The notes below the pieces were generated by a model. It worked only from the letters and a program-made list of their open reading frames with translations. It was not told the DNA's origin and did not search any database. Positions 1 to 9,445 of a stretch of DNA of 56,669 nucleotides are shown piece after piece. The DNA is from Gemmatimonadota bacterium. GTDB taxonomy: Bacteria > Gemmatimonadota > Gemmatimonadetes > Gemmatimonadales > GWC2-71-9. The stretch is taken from positions 1 through 56,669 of the forward strand of contig JBDHCY010000015.1 in the NCBI GenBank assembly GCA_039591795.1. Reading direction: 5' to 3'. The position numbers and the translations under genes were made by a program. Each line of letters starts with the position of its first letter. Within the stretch, counting starts at the first letter, position 1.

Positions 1-90
1 AGTGGTGAGGTTTTGGAAGAGGTGAGGTCACTTGCCACCGAGCTCCTCGTCTGGCTCGATCAACGGCTCAATGCGCCGGGAGTGGAGTGA
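1..90 (+). CDS. 3' end of a CDS running in from outside the window (…VLEEVRSLATELLVWLDQRLNAPGVE*)
   Basis: Frame 1 is open from base 1 to TGA at 88-90, followed by a small CTGCC/GGCAG hairpin. Product unknown. Confidence 0.45.
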   Translation, partial: SGEVLEEVRSLATELLVWLDQRLNAPGVE

Positions 91-149
91 CTGCCCCGTC
101 TGGCAGATCGAACCACCAGCCGTCGCGCGGCTGGGATCTCACGAGAAAA

Positions 150-222
<73 letters not shown>

Positions 223-274
223 CGAAACGGGGGAAGTATAGAGGGGTCGCCGGGCGCCCGCCAAGCCGGTACTA

Positions 275-928
275 TTGCTGCCCATGACCCCGCCAGCACC
301 TCCCAACGTCACGGTGCTCAAGCACCCACTCGTCCAGCACAAACTCACCCTGCTCCGCGACCGCCGCACTACGACCCGCGATTTCAAAGCCCTCGTGGGT
401 GAGCTCGCCCTGCTCATGGGCTATGAAGCGACGAAAGACCTCCCTACCGAACAGGTCGAAATCGAGACCCCACTCGAGGCAACGACGGGCCGGATCGTCG
501 CGGGCAAGAAGCTCGCCCTGGTCCCGATCCTTCGCGCCGGACTGGGGCTCGTCGAGCCGCTCCACGACCTCATCCCCTCCGCACGGGTCGGCCATATCGG
601 CCTCTATCGCGACGAAGAAACCCTGGAACCGCGGGACTACTACTTCAAGATCCCAGGCGACGAGAGCATCAGGCAGTTCTTCGTGCTCGATCCCATGCTC
701 GCGACCGGGGGCTCGGCGATCGCCGCCGTCACCGCGCTCAAGGGGGCCGGCGCAAAGGACATTCGGTTTCTCTGTCTCCTGGCTGCCCCAGAGGGGGTCC
801 AGCGCCTGAGTGAAGCACATCCTGACGTACGTATCTTCACGACGGCGATCGACCGACAGCTCAACGAGAAGGGGTACATCGTCCCAGGGCTCGGTGATGC
901 CGGGGACCGGCTCTTCGGTACCCGCTGA
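275..928 (+). CDS. upp: Uracil phosphoribosyltransferase
   Basis: [24 protein letters not shown] and [16 protein letters not shown] motifs. Confidence 0.97.
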   Translation: MLPMTPPAPPNVTVLKHPLVQHKLTLLRDRRTTTRDFKALVGELALLMGYEATKDLPTEQVEIETPLEATTGRIVAGKKLALVPILRAGLGLVEPLHDLIPSARVGHIGLYRDEETLEPRDYYFKIPGDESIRQFFVLDPMLATGGSAIAAVTALKGAGAKDIRFLCLLAAPEGVQRLSEAHPDVRIFTTAIDRQLNEKGYIVPGLGDAGDRLFGTR

Positions 929-937
929 GGCAGGAGC

Positions 938-1108
938 ATGAGGGAATACCAAGTCGCGATCGTGAAGCTCGCCGGGAGGGGCCGCGACGACGAGGAAATC
1001 CTGACTGACCTCCTCAACGAACGGGAGCGCAGCGGCTGGGCCTACCACGAGATCGCGGGGCTCGGTGACGGGCGGGTGGCCGTCGTCTTCGCGCGCCACG
1101 CGCCCTGA
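938..1108 (+). CDS. Small hypothetical protein, 56 aa, DUF4177-like (not in ORF track)
   Basis: GGAG RBS then ATG 938. MREYQVAIVKLAGRGRDDEEILTDLLNERERSGWAYHEIAGLGDGRVAVVFARHAP* carries the Y-x-V…LN…GW…F-x-R pattern of DUF4177. Confidence 0.7.
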   Translation: MREYQVAIVKLAGRGRDDEEILTDLLNERERSGWAYHEIAGLGDGRVAVVFARHAP

Positions 1109-1114
1109 GTCCCA

Positions 1115-2056
1115 CTACCCTCTCCAGACCACCGAAGCCGCCTCCGAGCGCGTCGCGAGATCTGGAAACTGCCCAGGGTGGAACAACCCAGCCAAGAGCT
1201 CCGCGCTGTCCGCCAATCTCGGCCCGGGCCGGTTGAAATAGGCGTTCCCGTCGAGAACCCGGCACCGACCAGCCGTACTCGCGCTCACCCCGGCAAGACC
1301 TCTCGCAACCTGATCATTCGCAAGCTCTTCCAGCGTTCGCGCGATCGAGAAGCCGCACGGGAAGACGACGACCAAGTCTGGTTCGGCGCTCGCCACGTCC
1401 TCCCACGTGACGGCCTTGAATCGCTCCGGTGCGTCCACGATCAGCGGATCGCCACCTGCCGCCCGGACGAGCTCGGGCATCCAGCCCCCCGCGACCATTG
1501 GGGGATCGAGCCATTCGAGGCACACGACACGGGGTCGGCGTGCCCCCGCAGTGGCAGCTCGCAACACATCCAGTCGTTGGGCAAACCGCTCGACGAGTGC
1601 AGAGCCTCGTTTGGGCACGCCGGCCGCCTCGGCTACGCGCATGAAATCACGGGCCACGTCACCCAGGTCCTTTGGGTGAAGGGAGCACACGTCCGTGCCA
1701 GGCAGGTGGATCGCACATAAGGCATCTTCGACATCTCGCAACGACACGGCGCACACCTCGCAGTGGTCCTGTGTCACGATCAAGTCCGGCCGCAGACGCT
1801 CCAGCTCGCTCACCCGCACCCGGTAGACGCTCAGCCCGTCGCGGAGAATCTCGCGCACCCGGAGGTCGATCTCTCCACTGGGGCGCTCGGCTTTCACCTT
1901 GGGCGCTGAGAGCACGGGCAGTCCGCCGATGTCGGGCGGATAGTCGCACTCGTGGGAGACGCCGATCAGTTGGTCCCTGAGCCCGAGCGCGCAGACGATC
2001 TCTGTGGCGCTCGCGATCAGGGTCACGATCCTCGGTCGTTCGCGCATCGGCGTCAA
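1115..2056 (-). CDS. BtuF-like cobalamin/Fe-siderophore ABC substrate-binding protein
   Basis: RIVTLIASATEIVCALG, GVSHECDYP, LEWLDPP and YFNRPGPRL motifs. No signal peptide or permease is nearby. Confidence 0.85.
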   Translation of the reverse strand: MTPMRERPRIVTLIASATEIVCALGLRDQLIGVSHECDYPPDIGGLPVLSAPKVKAERPSGEIDLRVREILRDGLSVYRVRVSELERLRPDLIVTQDHCEVCAVSLRDVEDALCAIHLPGTDVCSLHPKDLGDVARDFMRVAEAAGVPKRGSALVERFAQRLDVLRAATAGARRPRVVCLEWLDPPMVAGGWMPELVRAAGGDPLIVDAPERFKAVTWEDVASAEPDLVVVFPCGFSIARTLEELANDQVARGLAGVSASTAGRCRVLDGNAYFNRPGPRLADSAELLAGLFHPGQFPDLATRSEAASVVWRG

Positions 2057-2210
2057 TCTAAGCCGAGCCTGTACAGAGGGCGCCGGCCCCCCACTCCCGC
2101 GTCCCCTCCATCGGCCGGAGGGTCACCCCTCGGGGGCAAGGTTGGATGATCGTATGGCGGATGGCCGAGCGATGGGCGTATCCTGAGAGGCCCCGGCCAC
2201 CGGAGCCGTC

Positions 2211-2768
2211 ATGACCCCGCGCATAACACCCATCGAGTCCCGCCGAGTCTACACCGGCCGGATCTTCGACGTGGCCGTCGATCGAGTCCGGTTCCCCGAC
2301 GGCAGCGACGGCGAGCTCGAGATCATTCGACACCCCGGCGCTGCCGCCGTGGTGCCCATCGCCTCGCCGATTGAGACAACCGACGATCCCACCGTACTGA
2401 TGCTGCGGCAGTTCCGTTACGCGGCCGATGGTGACCTTTGGGAAATCCCGGCTGGGCGCCTTGCCCCGGGCGAATCGCCTGCAGAGTGCGCCCAGCGAGA
2501 GCTCCTGGAGGAAGCCGGTGTCGAGGCCGAGCGGCTGGACCACCTCACCTCCATCTACACCACGCCGGGTTTCACCGACGAGCACATCCACTTGTTCGCG
2601 GCCTTTGGGCTGCAACCTCGGGAACCGAATCGGGACCCTGACGAGTTCATAGAGGTGAGCCCGATGCCGTTGTCGCAGATCCTCGAGCGAATCAGAACGG
2701 GCGAGATCTGTGACGGCAAGACGATCGCGGCGGTCCTCTTTCTGGCGGGTTTCCGGCTGGGGCTGTGA
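2211..2768 (+). CDS. NUDIX hydrolase (ADP-ribose pyrophosphatase-like)
   Basis: Nudix box GRLAPGESPAECAQRELLEEAG, plus HPGAAAV and DGKTI. Confidence 0.92.
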   Translation: MTPRITPIESRRVYTGRIFDVAVDRVRFPDGSDGELEIIRHPGAAAVVPIASPIETTDDPTVLMLRQFRYAADGDLWEIPAGRLAPGESPAECAQRELLEEAGVEAERLDHLTSIYTTPGFTDEHIHLFAAFGLQPREPNRDPDEFIEVSPMPLSQILERIRTGEICDGKTIAAVLFLAGFRLGL

Positions 2769-2883
2769 GGACACGGGTGTCCCCCGAACAGGACAGTCTC
2801 GGTGGGACACCGTCGATGGGTGAACGCAGTTAAGTAGTTGTATTACTATAGGTTGTGGCATTCTCAGCGAGATGAAGGACGCC

Positions 2884-2899
2884 GGGTATGACCTGTGCA
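2884..2899 (+). promoter_or_regulatory. Possible sigma54-type promoter upstream of the ECF sigma gene
   Basis: GGGTATGACCTGTGCA has GG-N10-GC spacing, but the -12 element is GTGC rather than TTGC. Confidence 0.3.
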
Positions 2900-2955
2900 A
2901 CCATTCCCTGGAGACCGGAATCATACTTTGTGGGCACTCGACGGGGGCTCGCCAC

Positions 2956-3603
2956 ATGAGTCGGACATCGACGGCACGGCAGGCCGAGCGAATCGAGTCG
3001 GAGCGGGCGATCGAACGCCGCCGCCTCGACGAGTTGGACGACTCGCGCGTGGTCGCGGCGCACCTCGCCGGCGATCCCCAGGCTTTCGGCATTCTCGTGG
3101 ACCGGTATCAGCACCGGCTCATCAGTTTCGTGCAGCGCACGATCGACGACCGCGAGCGAGCGGAAGACCTCATTCAGGAGGTCTTCATTCGGGTGCATCG
3201 GCACCTGCACCGGTTCGACCAGACGAAGAAGTTCTCGACCTGGATCTACACGATCGCTTCGAACCTGGCGAAGAACGAGCTCAGGAATCGAAGCCGGAAC
3301 CCGTTGGTGCTGTTCCAGACGATCAAGCGGAACTGGGAAGCTGACCATCGGCCGCTTCAGTTCGAGGACACCTCTACTCGGCCCGACGATCTCTACCGCA
3401 AGCGCCGCCTTCGCGAGCTCGTCGAATGGGCGGTAAAGCAGCTGCCGGAACACCATCGGGTGGTCTTCGTGCTGCGGGAGCTCGAGGGCAAGACCTACGA
3501 CGAGATCTCCGAGATCGTGGGCTGCAATCTCGGCACGGTGAAGAGCCGCCTCAACCGAGCCCGTAACCGGTTCGCCCAGGTCATCGGCCCCTACCTCGAC
3601 TAG
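2956..3603 (+). CDS. ECF RNA polymerase sigma-70 factor
   Basis: Region 2 (AEDLIQEVFIRV…FSTWIYTIASN) and region 4 (LPEHHRVVFVLRELEGKTYDEISEIVGCNLGTVKSRLNRAR). Start placed at ATG 2956. Confidence 0.95.
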   Translation: MSRTSTARQAERIESERAIERRRLDELDDSRVVAAHLAGDPQAFGILVDRYQHRLISFVQRTIDDRERAEDLIQEVFIRVHRHLHRFDQTKKFSTWIYTIASNLAKNELRNRSRNPLVLFQTIKRNWEADHRPLQFEDTSTRPDDLYRKRRLRELVEWAVKQLPEHHRVVFVLRELEGKTYDEISEIVGCNLGTVKSRLNRARNRFAQVIGPYLD

Positions 3604-3622
3604 CGCCCCAAGTGGAACCTCG

Positions 3623-3655
3623 CGCCGCTCCCCGTGGTACCACGGGCGAGCGGCG
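3623..3655 (+). other. Strong hairpin/palindrome between the sigma and anti-sigma genes
   Basis: CGCCGCTC-CCCGTGGTACCACGGG-C-GAGCGGCG contains a perfect 16-bp palindrome at 3631-3646. Confidence 0.6.
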
Positions 3656-3659
3656 TGCA

Positions 3660-4160
3660 ATGTCCATGAACTGCGGGGAATTCCTCTCTCTCTACTCGGA
3701 TTGGCACGACGGACTCGTCTTGGATGACGAGCTCCGTGTGCTGCTGAAACGGCATTGGGCCGCGTGCCCGTCGTGCGGCCGGCTGGATCGGGCCTTTCGT
3801 CGGGGGATCCTCGTGTTGCGCAACCTTGAGCCGCACGCCGATAGGCACTTCGGCGTGCGGCTCAAGGAACGGATCCGCTGCGGGGCAGCCCTGCCCGTTG
3901 ACGCCCCCGTCCCGTCGTGGGGGGGAAGAGCAGCCTTGATGCTCGTCGCCCTGGCACTCACCGTATTGGCGCTGGACGTCGCCAGCCGCCGTGGCAGCCG
4001 TGTGGCGCATGCGACACCAGAAGACACCCCGGCGCCAGTGGTCACTGCCGGAGCTCCCTTTGTGACATTTCAGGACCGGCATGTCACCGTGCTCGTCCAC
4101 ACGACGGGCCACGACGCTGTGGTTCCAGCCCTTCGGCCGCGCACGGCCGCCTTTCGGTAG
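3660..4160 (+). CDS. Zinc-binding anti-sigma factor (zf-HC2/ZAS) with one TM segment
   Basis: MNC…YSDWHDG…HWAACPSC (HxxxCxxC), a hydrophobic stretch AALMLVALALTVLAL, and position directly after the ECF sigma gene. Confidence 0.88.
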   Translation: MSMNCGEFLSLYSDWHDGLVLDDELRVLLKRHWAACPSCGRLDRAFRRGILVLRNLEPHADRHFGVRLKERIRCGAALPVDAPVPSWGGRAALMLVALALTVLALDVASRRGSRVAHATPEDTPAPVVTAGAPFVTFQDRHVTVLVHTTGHDAVVPALRPRTAAFR

Positions 4161-4188
4161 TCATTCTCGATCGGTACTTTTCGGCTAT

Positions 4189-5235
4189 ATGGGCTCCCTG
4201 CGCTACCCGGAGCTCGAGGCCGAACTCGCGCGCGGTCTCCTCCGCCCCGTCTACTACTTCGCCGGCGATGAGGACGTGCTCAAAAACGACGCCGTCACGG
4301 CTGTCGTTGGGCGCGCTCTCGATGCGGCGGAGCGTCAGTTCAACTGCGACGATCGATACGTAGGCGACCTCGATGCCGAGCGGCTCGCGACGCTCCTCTA
4401 TACACCGCCATTGCTCGCAGAGCGACGCGTCGTGGTGCTGCGAGGCGTGGAGGCGTTGCGCCGTAAACCGAAACTCCGCCGTTGGCTGGCCGAGGCGATC
4501 GCGTCGCCAGCATCCGAGATGGTGGTGGTGCTCGTCTCAGGTGCAGGTGAGAAACGCGACGAGCAGCTCACACCACACGCCGCTGTCACCGTCTTCGATA
4601 CACCGTCTCCAGAAGAAGCAGCGGTTTGGATAGAGCGCCGCGCCGAGACGCTCGGACTCAGGCTCGATCATGCCGCTGTCGTAGCGCTCTTCGAGGTCTG
4701 TGCTGGCTCGCTCGCCGCCATCGACGGTGAGATCGCCAAGCTTGCCGCCGCGTTGGGAGACGTTCCGGCCACCGCCGACGATGTGGTCTCCTTTGCGGGG
4801 ATCCGGCGCGGCGAGACGCTGGCCGACCTCGTCGAGGCAGTTCTGGCACGTGATACCGGCCATGCACTACAGTTGGTCGACTACGTTTTGGACCAGCCCG
4901 GCGTGAACGGGGTTCGCACTGTCATGGCGCTCGGCACAGCACTCGTGGGAACGCGCCTGGCCTTGGCGGCCGCGGCCGGCGGTGCGAAAGGACGTCGCCT
5001 CCATGATTCAGTGTTTCAGTCGATCCGGCGGGTGCGTCCCGCGGGCCTTGGCGCGTGGAAAGAGGTGGCAGATCAATGGGCTCGTTGGGCCAGGCGCTGG
5101 ACCGATCAGGAGCTGAAGATGGCCATCGCTCGCGCCCTCGAGGCCGATCGGGCACTCAAGTCCTCGGGCGTGGTGGGAGAGTCGGGGATCCTACGTCACT
5201 TCATCGTCGCCACGAGCAGGCGCGAGGCAGCATGA
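4189..5235 (+). CDS. holA: DNA polymerase III delta subunit
   Basis: PVYYFAGDED, PPLLAERRVVV, EIAKLA and ADRALKS. Start placed at ATG 4189. Confidence 0.9.
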   Translation: MGSLRYPELEAELARGLLRPVYYFAGDEDVLKNDAVTAVVGRALDAAERQFNCDDRYVGDLDAERLATLLYTPPLLAERRVVVLRGVEALRRKPKLRRWLAEAIASPASEMVVVLVSGAGEKRDEQLTPHAAVTVFDTPSPEEAAVWIERRAETLGLRLDHAAVVALFEVCAGSLAAIDGEIAKLAAALGDVPATADDVVSFAGIRRGETLADLVEAVLARDTGHALQLVDYVLDQPGVNGVRTVMALGTALVGTRLALAAAAGGAKGRRLHDSVFQSIRRVRPAGLGAWKEVADQWARWARRWTDQELKMAIARALEADRALKSSGVVGESGILRHFIVATSRREAA

Positions 5236-6038
5236 GCCGCCGTGCTTGGCTGGTCGCGCTGGTCGCGCTGTCGTATGCCTCACCCGCGCTGAGCCAACAG
5301 GATTCGCTCCTGCGAGCGGCGGTCCTGCTCTCGACCGAAGGCCGGGGCGACTCCGCGCGTGCTGTGGTGCGTCGCGTGCTCGCGATCACACCGCCGGGTG
5401 ACTCCCTCTACCCTGAGGCCCTCTACACGCTAGGAGTCGTGTCCGGAGACGCCGACGAGGCGACTCAGGCGCTTCGTCGCGTCGCGATCGAGTTTGGCCT
5501 TTCAGCCTGGGCCGACGAGGCGACCCTCCGCCTGATACAACTCAACTACGCCGCGGGCGATCCCGCATCTGCTTTGGGATGGCAGGACCGTTTCGAGCGC
5601 GACCACTTCTCGAGCCCGTTGCGTGCCGAGGCACTGTACTGGGGCGCGCGGGCCCACTTCGATCTCCGCGACGAGCCGGCGGGTTGCGCACTGCTCGATG
5701 CTGGAACGCAAGCGGATACGACGGACATCGAGCTGCAGAACCGATTTGCGTTCTACCGGCAGCGCTGCTCGGAGCCGACGGACTCGGTGCCGGCAGCTAC
5801 GTCGCGTCAGTCGTATTTCAGCGTGCAGGTGATCGCCGTGAAGAGCATCGCGGCGGCCGACGAAACACTCAGCAAGCTCTCCGAGGCCGGGTTTGAGGCA
5901 GCGGTGGTGCGCGATCGAGACGGCCTGATCAAGGTGCGCGTGGGACGCTATCGCACTCGAGCGCAAGCGTCCGAGACGGCGCGACAGATCCGAAGCAGAC
6001 TCGGGGGAGAGGCATTCGTGGTCGAGGTCACACCGTGA
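5232..6038 (+). CDS. Exported TPR + C-terminal SPOR domain protein
   Basis: Signal peptide, helical repeats and SPOR motif FSVQVIAVKS…KVRVGRY. ATGA overlap with the holA stop. Confidence 0.85.
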   Translation: MSRRAWLVALVALSYASPALSQQDSLLRAAVLLSTEGRGDSARAVVRRVLAITPPGDSLYPEALYTLGVVSGDADEATQALRRVAIEFGLSAWADEATLRLIQLNYAAGDPASALGWQDRFERDHFSSPLRAEALYWGARAHFDLRDEPAGCALLDAGTQADTTDIELQNRFAFYRQRCSEPTDSVPAATSRQSYFSVQVIAVKSIAAADETLSKLSEAGFEAAVVRDRDGLIKVRVGRYRTRAQASETARQIRSRLGGEAFVVEVTP

Positions 6039-8620
6039 GGGCGTCGCCGGTCGATACTCCGTTGATGCAGCAGTACCGAGAGATCAAGTCAAAGCACCCA
6101 CATGCCATCGTGTTTTTCCGAATGGGTGACTTCTACGAGATGTTCGAGTCCGATGCCCAGCTCGCTGCGCGCGAGCTGGGCCTCACGCTCACATCCCGCA
6201 ACAATGGTGGTGCCACCGAAGTCCCACTCGCCGGAGTCCCCGTTAAGGCGGCCGCCGAGTATCTACGACGGCTCCTCGCCAAGGGGCATCGCGTGGCCAT
6301 CTGCGAGCAGGTCGAAGACCCCCGGCTGGCCAAGGGTATCGTGCGGCGCGCGGTGGTAGAGACCCTGACGCCGGGGGCAGTGATCAGCGAGGAGTGGCTC
6401 GATCGTGCCCGTAACAACTTCCTGGTGGCTCTGGGCCCATCGGGAGACCGGTGGGGCGTTGCGGCGATCGACCTATCCACTGGCGAATTCGAGCTCGCGA
6501 CCGTCGACGCGAACGAGCTCGCGCCCACGCTCGCCCGATTCGACGCCGCCGAGGTGGTGGTGCCGGCTGGTGCTCGGGGGATCCCACCGACGGCCGCACT
6601 CCACACTGAGAGAGAGGCGTGGGAGTTTGACCCGACGATGGCGAGTGAAGAGCTCGAGCGGCGATTGGGTCTCGCAACACTCGACGGTCTGGGCCTGGAG
6701 CCCGCCGACGCCCCTGCCCTCGGCGCATCGGGTGCCCTCCTCCGCTACCTGGCCGAGCTCCGGCCGGATGGACTGCCTCATCTGGCGCGGCCACGCATCT
6801 GCCGCCCCGGGCACGTCGTGGCGATCGACGAGATGACCCGTCGCAATCTCGAGCTCGTCGAGCCGCTTCGAGCGGGTGCCAAAGGGACCACGCTGTTAGA
6901 GGTGCTCGACCGAACGGTCACCCCGATGGGCGCCCGTCTTCTTCGTCGTTGGCTCCTCGAGCCGCTCGCAGGCACCTCCGCGATTGGCGAACGCCTCGAC
7001 GCTGTTGAGGTGTTGGTTCGGGACGCCCTGAGTTGCGCACGCCTGCGCGAGGCCCTCGAAGGCGTGCGCGATCTCGAGCGGCTTGCCAGCCGAGCAGCGC
7101 TCGGTCGAGCCACCCCGCGTGAGCTTGGAGGCCTACGAGACTCGGTTCGACGCCTCCCCGATGTCCGTGAAGCGCTCGATGGCCTCGCCGGGCGCGAGAC
7201 GAGCGTCGCGCTCGAGTCCGATGCGGCCGCGTTGGACCTGCTGGCCGACGTCCAGTCGGAGCTCGGGGCCGCACTGGTGGACCGCCCGCCCGCGGTCCTC
7301 GGAGATGGCGATGCGGTGCGGCCCGGCTACGACTCCGAACTGGACGAGTTGACTCAGCTGCGCGACGGTGGAAAGCGCTACATCGCGTCGCTTCAGGCGC
7401 GCGAACGCGAACGGACGGGGATCAACTCGCTCAAGGTCGGCTTCAACCGGGTGTTCGGCTATTACATCGAGGTCACCAAGACGAACATCGCGGCGGTTCC
7501 GTCCGAGTACGAACGCCGTCAGACGCTCACCAACGCCGAGCGGTTCGTGACTCCAGAACTCAAGGAGTACGAGGCAAGAGTCTTGGGGGCAGAGGAGCGT
7601 ATCGCAGCGCGAGAGCGTGACGTGGTCGACACGATTCGTTCATTCATAGGTGACAGGGTCGGTCGCGTACAGGCAACGGCGGCCATCCTCGCTCGACTCG
7701 ACGTCTGGGCAGGACTCGCCGATCTGGCACGCCTCGAAGGTTATGCTCGGCCCGAGATCGACGATGGCTTCACGCTCGATCTCCGTGCCTCGCGACACCC
7801 GGTGCTCGAGCGTCTCATGGCGCGCGAATCGTTCATCCCCAATGACATTTTGGTGGACGAGGGCGGCCGCGTTGTCGTGATCACGGGCCCCAACATGGCG
7901 GGAAAGAGCACGATCCTCAGGCAGGTAGGCCTCTGCGTCCTACTCGCCCAGATCGGCTCATTCGTGCCCGCGAGCAGTGCCCGGATTGGTGTTGTCGACC
8001 GTCTCTACACGCGCGTCGGCGCGAGCGATGACCTCGCTCGTGGTCAATCTACGTTCATGGTCGAGATGGCGGAAACGAGTGCCATCCTGCACGGTGCGAC
8101 TCCGCGGAGCCTCGTCCTCCTCGACGAGATTGGCCGTGGCACGTCGACCTATGACGGGGTCGCCATCGCATGGGCGGTCACGGAGCACTTGCACAACACT
8201 GTGGGCTGCAAGGCGCTATTCGCAACGCACTACCACGAGCTGGTCCAGGTTACCGAAGAGCTCGCACACGCGCGTAACCTCAACGTCGCGATCCGCGAGG
8301 TGGATGGCCAAATCGTCTTCCAACATCGGCTGGAGCCCGGAGGGACCGACCGGTCCTACGGCATTCACGTTGCTCAACTCGCAGGGCTCCCGCCGGCCGT
8401 CGTCGGCCGTGCGTGGGAGCTCCTCGCGCTTCTCGAGGCCGGGCACCACGTCGCCGGTCTCGCTCCGCCTCCCGCTCCCACCCCACTCGACCAGCTCTCC
8501 CTGTTCACTGACAGCGGCCAGCAGGTTGTGAAGGCGTTACGCGAGCTTGAAATCGAGTCGCTCACACCACTCGAGGCGCTCAATCAGTTGGCGGTACTCC
8601 AGCGGAAGGCCACCCGGTGA
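6035..8620 (+). CDS. mutS: DNA mismatch repair protein MutS
   Basis: TPLMQQY, FFRMGDFYE, TGPNMAGKST, STFMVEM, DEIGRGTST and SYGIHVA. Confidence 0.98.
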   Translation: MRASPVDTPLMQQYREIKSKHPHAIVFFRMGDFYEMFESDAQLAARELGLTLTSRNNGGATEVPLAGVPVKAAAEYLRRLLAKGHRVAICEQVEDPRLAKGIVRRAVVETLTPGAVISEEWLDRARNNFLVALGPSGDRWGVAAIDLSTGEFELATVDANELAPTLARFDAAEVVVPAGARGIPPTAALHTEREAWEFDPTMASEELERRLGLATLDGLGLEPADAPALGASGALLRYLAELRPDGLPHLARPRICRPGHVVAIDEMTRRNLELVEPLRAGAKGTTLLEVLDRTVTPMGARLLRRWLLEPLAGTSAIGERLDAVEVLVRDALSCARLREALEGVRDLERLASRAALGRATPRELGGLRDSVRRLPDVREALDGLAGRETSVALESDAAALDLLADVQSELGAALVDRPPAVLGDGDAVRPGYDSELDELTQLRDGGKRYIASLQARERERTGINSLKVGFNRVFGYYIEVTKTNIAAVPSEYERRQTLTNAERFVTPELKEYEARVLGAEERIAARERDVVDTIRSFIGDRVGRVQATAAILARLDVWAGLADLARLEGYARPEIDDGFTLDLRASRHPVLERLMARESFIPNDILVDEGGRVVVITGPNMAGKSTILRQVGLCVLLAQIGSFVPASSARIGVVDRLYTRVGASDDLARGQSTFMVEMAETSAILHGATPRSLVLLDEIGRGTSTYDGVAIAWAVTEHLHNTVGCKALFATHYHELVQVTEELAHARNLNVAIREVDGQIVFQHRLEPGGTDRSYGIHVAQLAGLPPAVVGRAWELLALLEAGHHVAGLAPPPAPTPLDQLSLFTDSGQQVVKALRELEIESLTPLEALNQLAVLQRKATR

Positions 8621-9030
8621 GACGCTCCTGTCTGTTCGCGTGCGTGGTATCTGTTGCGCTCCTCGCTACCGCGTGCGGCCGTGGAGCCGAAGACGATGTA
8701 AGTAGCGGGAGTGCGGCGGCGCTAGAGGACCACCCGCCGGTATTGATCAACGCGGAGTCCCCCGTCGAGTATCCGCCAGAGCTGTACGAACTCAAGGTTG
8801 AGGCCGACGTCGTGCTCAGACTCTTCGTGGACGCGGAGGGCATCATCCAACCCGATTCGACGTCGGTAGCCGAGTCGAGCGGCCATCCAGCTCTCGATTC
8901 CGCTGCGCTCGCCGGTGTCACGCGCTTTCGTTTCGCGCCAGCTCTCCGCCGCGGCACCCCGACGGCCACAGCATTCCTCCAGCCAATTCACTTTCGGCAC
9001 CCAGAGGGCGCTGCTGGAGACAACCCGTGA
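8617..9030 (+). CDS. TonB C-terminal domain protein (lipoprotein-like signal)
   Basis: YP…VVLRLFVDAEG…ESSG…LDSAAL…FRFAPA, with LATAC lipobox. Confidence 0.85.
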   Translation: MRRSCLFACVVSVALLATACGRGAEDDVSSGSAAALEDHPPVLINAESPVEYPPELYELKVEADVVLRLFVDAEGIIQPDSTSVAESSGHPALDSAALAGVTRFRFAPALRRGTPTATAFLQPIHFRHPEGAAGDNP

Positions 9031-9064
9031 GCCACCCTCTCGCCGCCGTTCGCTGACCGGGATC

Positions 9065-9445
9065 ATGCCCTATCTCCTCTCGGCCGAGGCCAGCTTCTCC
9101 GCAGCACATACCCTCCCAGACGGAGGCGACTGTGCGCGACTTCATGGACACAACTGGCGGGTCCGTGTCACGCTTCGCGTCGGCGACGATGCACTCGATG
9201 AGTCCGGCATGGGGGTGGATTTCCGTGACCTCGAGGAGATGACACGGCACGCCGTATCCGATTTCGAGCACCGGTTTCTGAACGAGGTGCCGCCGTTCGA
9301 CCACGATGCCCCGTCAGCCGAGCGACTCGCCCGGGTGGTGTTCGACAGGATCGCCAAGCGGCTCGACGGCCGACCGGGCGTGGGCGTTGAGCAAGTAGAG
9401 CTGTGGGAGATGCCGCAGTTCCGCGCGATCTACCGGCCGCAGTGA
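9065..9445 (+). CDS. queD: 6-carboxytetrahydropterin synthase (QueD/PTPS family)
   Basis: FSAAH, CARLHGHNW, DF, H-x-FLNE and SAE motifs. Start placed at ATG 9065. Confidence 0.9.
   Translation: MPYLLSAEASFSAAHTLPDGGDCARLHGHNWRVRVTLRVGDDALDESGMGVDFRDLEEMTRHAVSDFEHRFLNEVPPFDHDAPSAERLARVVFDRIAKRLDGRPGVGVEQVELWEMPQFRAIYRPQ

Noticed and set aside
2776-2811. Hairpin GGTGTCCC…GGGACACC after the NUDIX gene as a REP-like repeat or terminator
   Set aside because: Single copy in the window and no U-tract, so no function can be supported.
272-3660. Long antisense ORFs (272-1099, 2058-3092, 2830-3660) and similar shadow ORFs across the window
   Set aside because: They lie opposite well-supported genes, lack motifs, and are expected in high-GC DNA.
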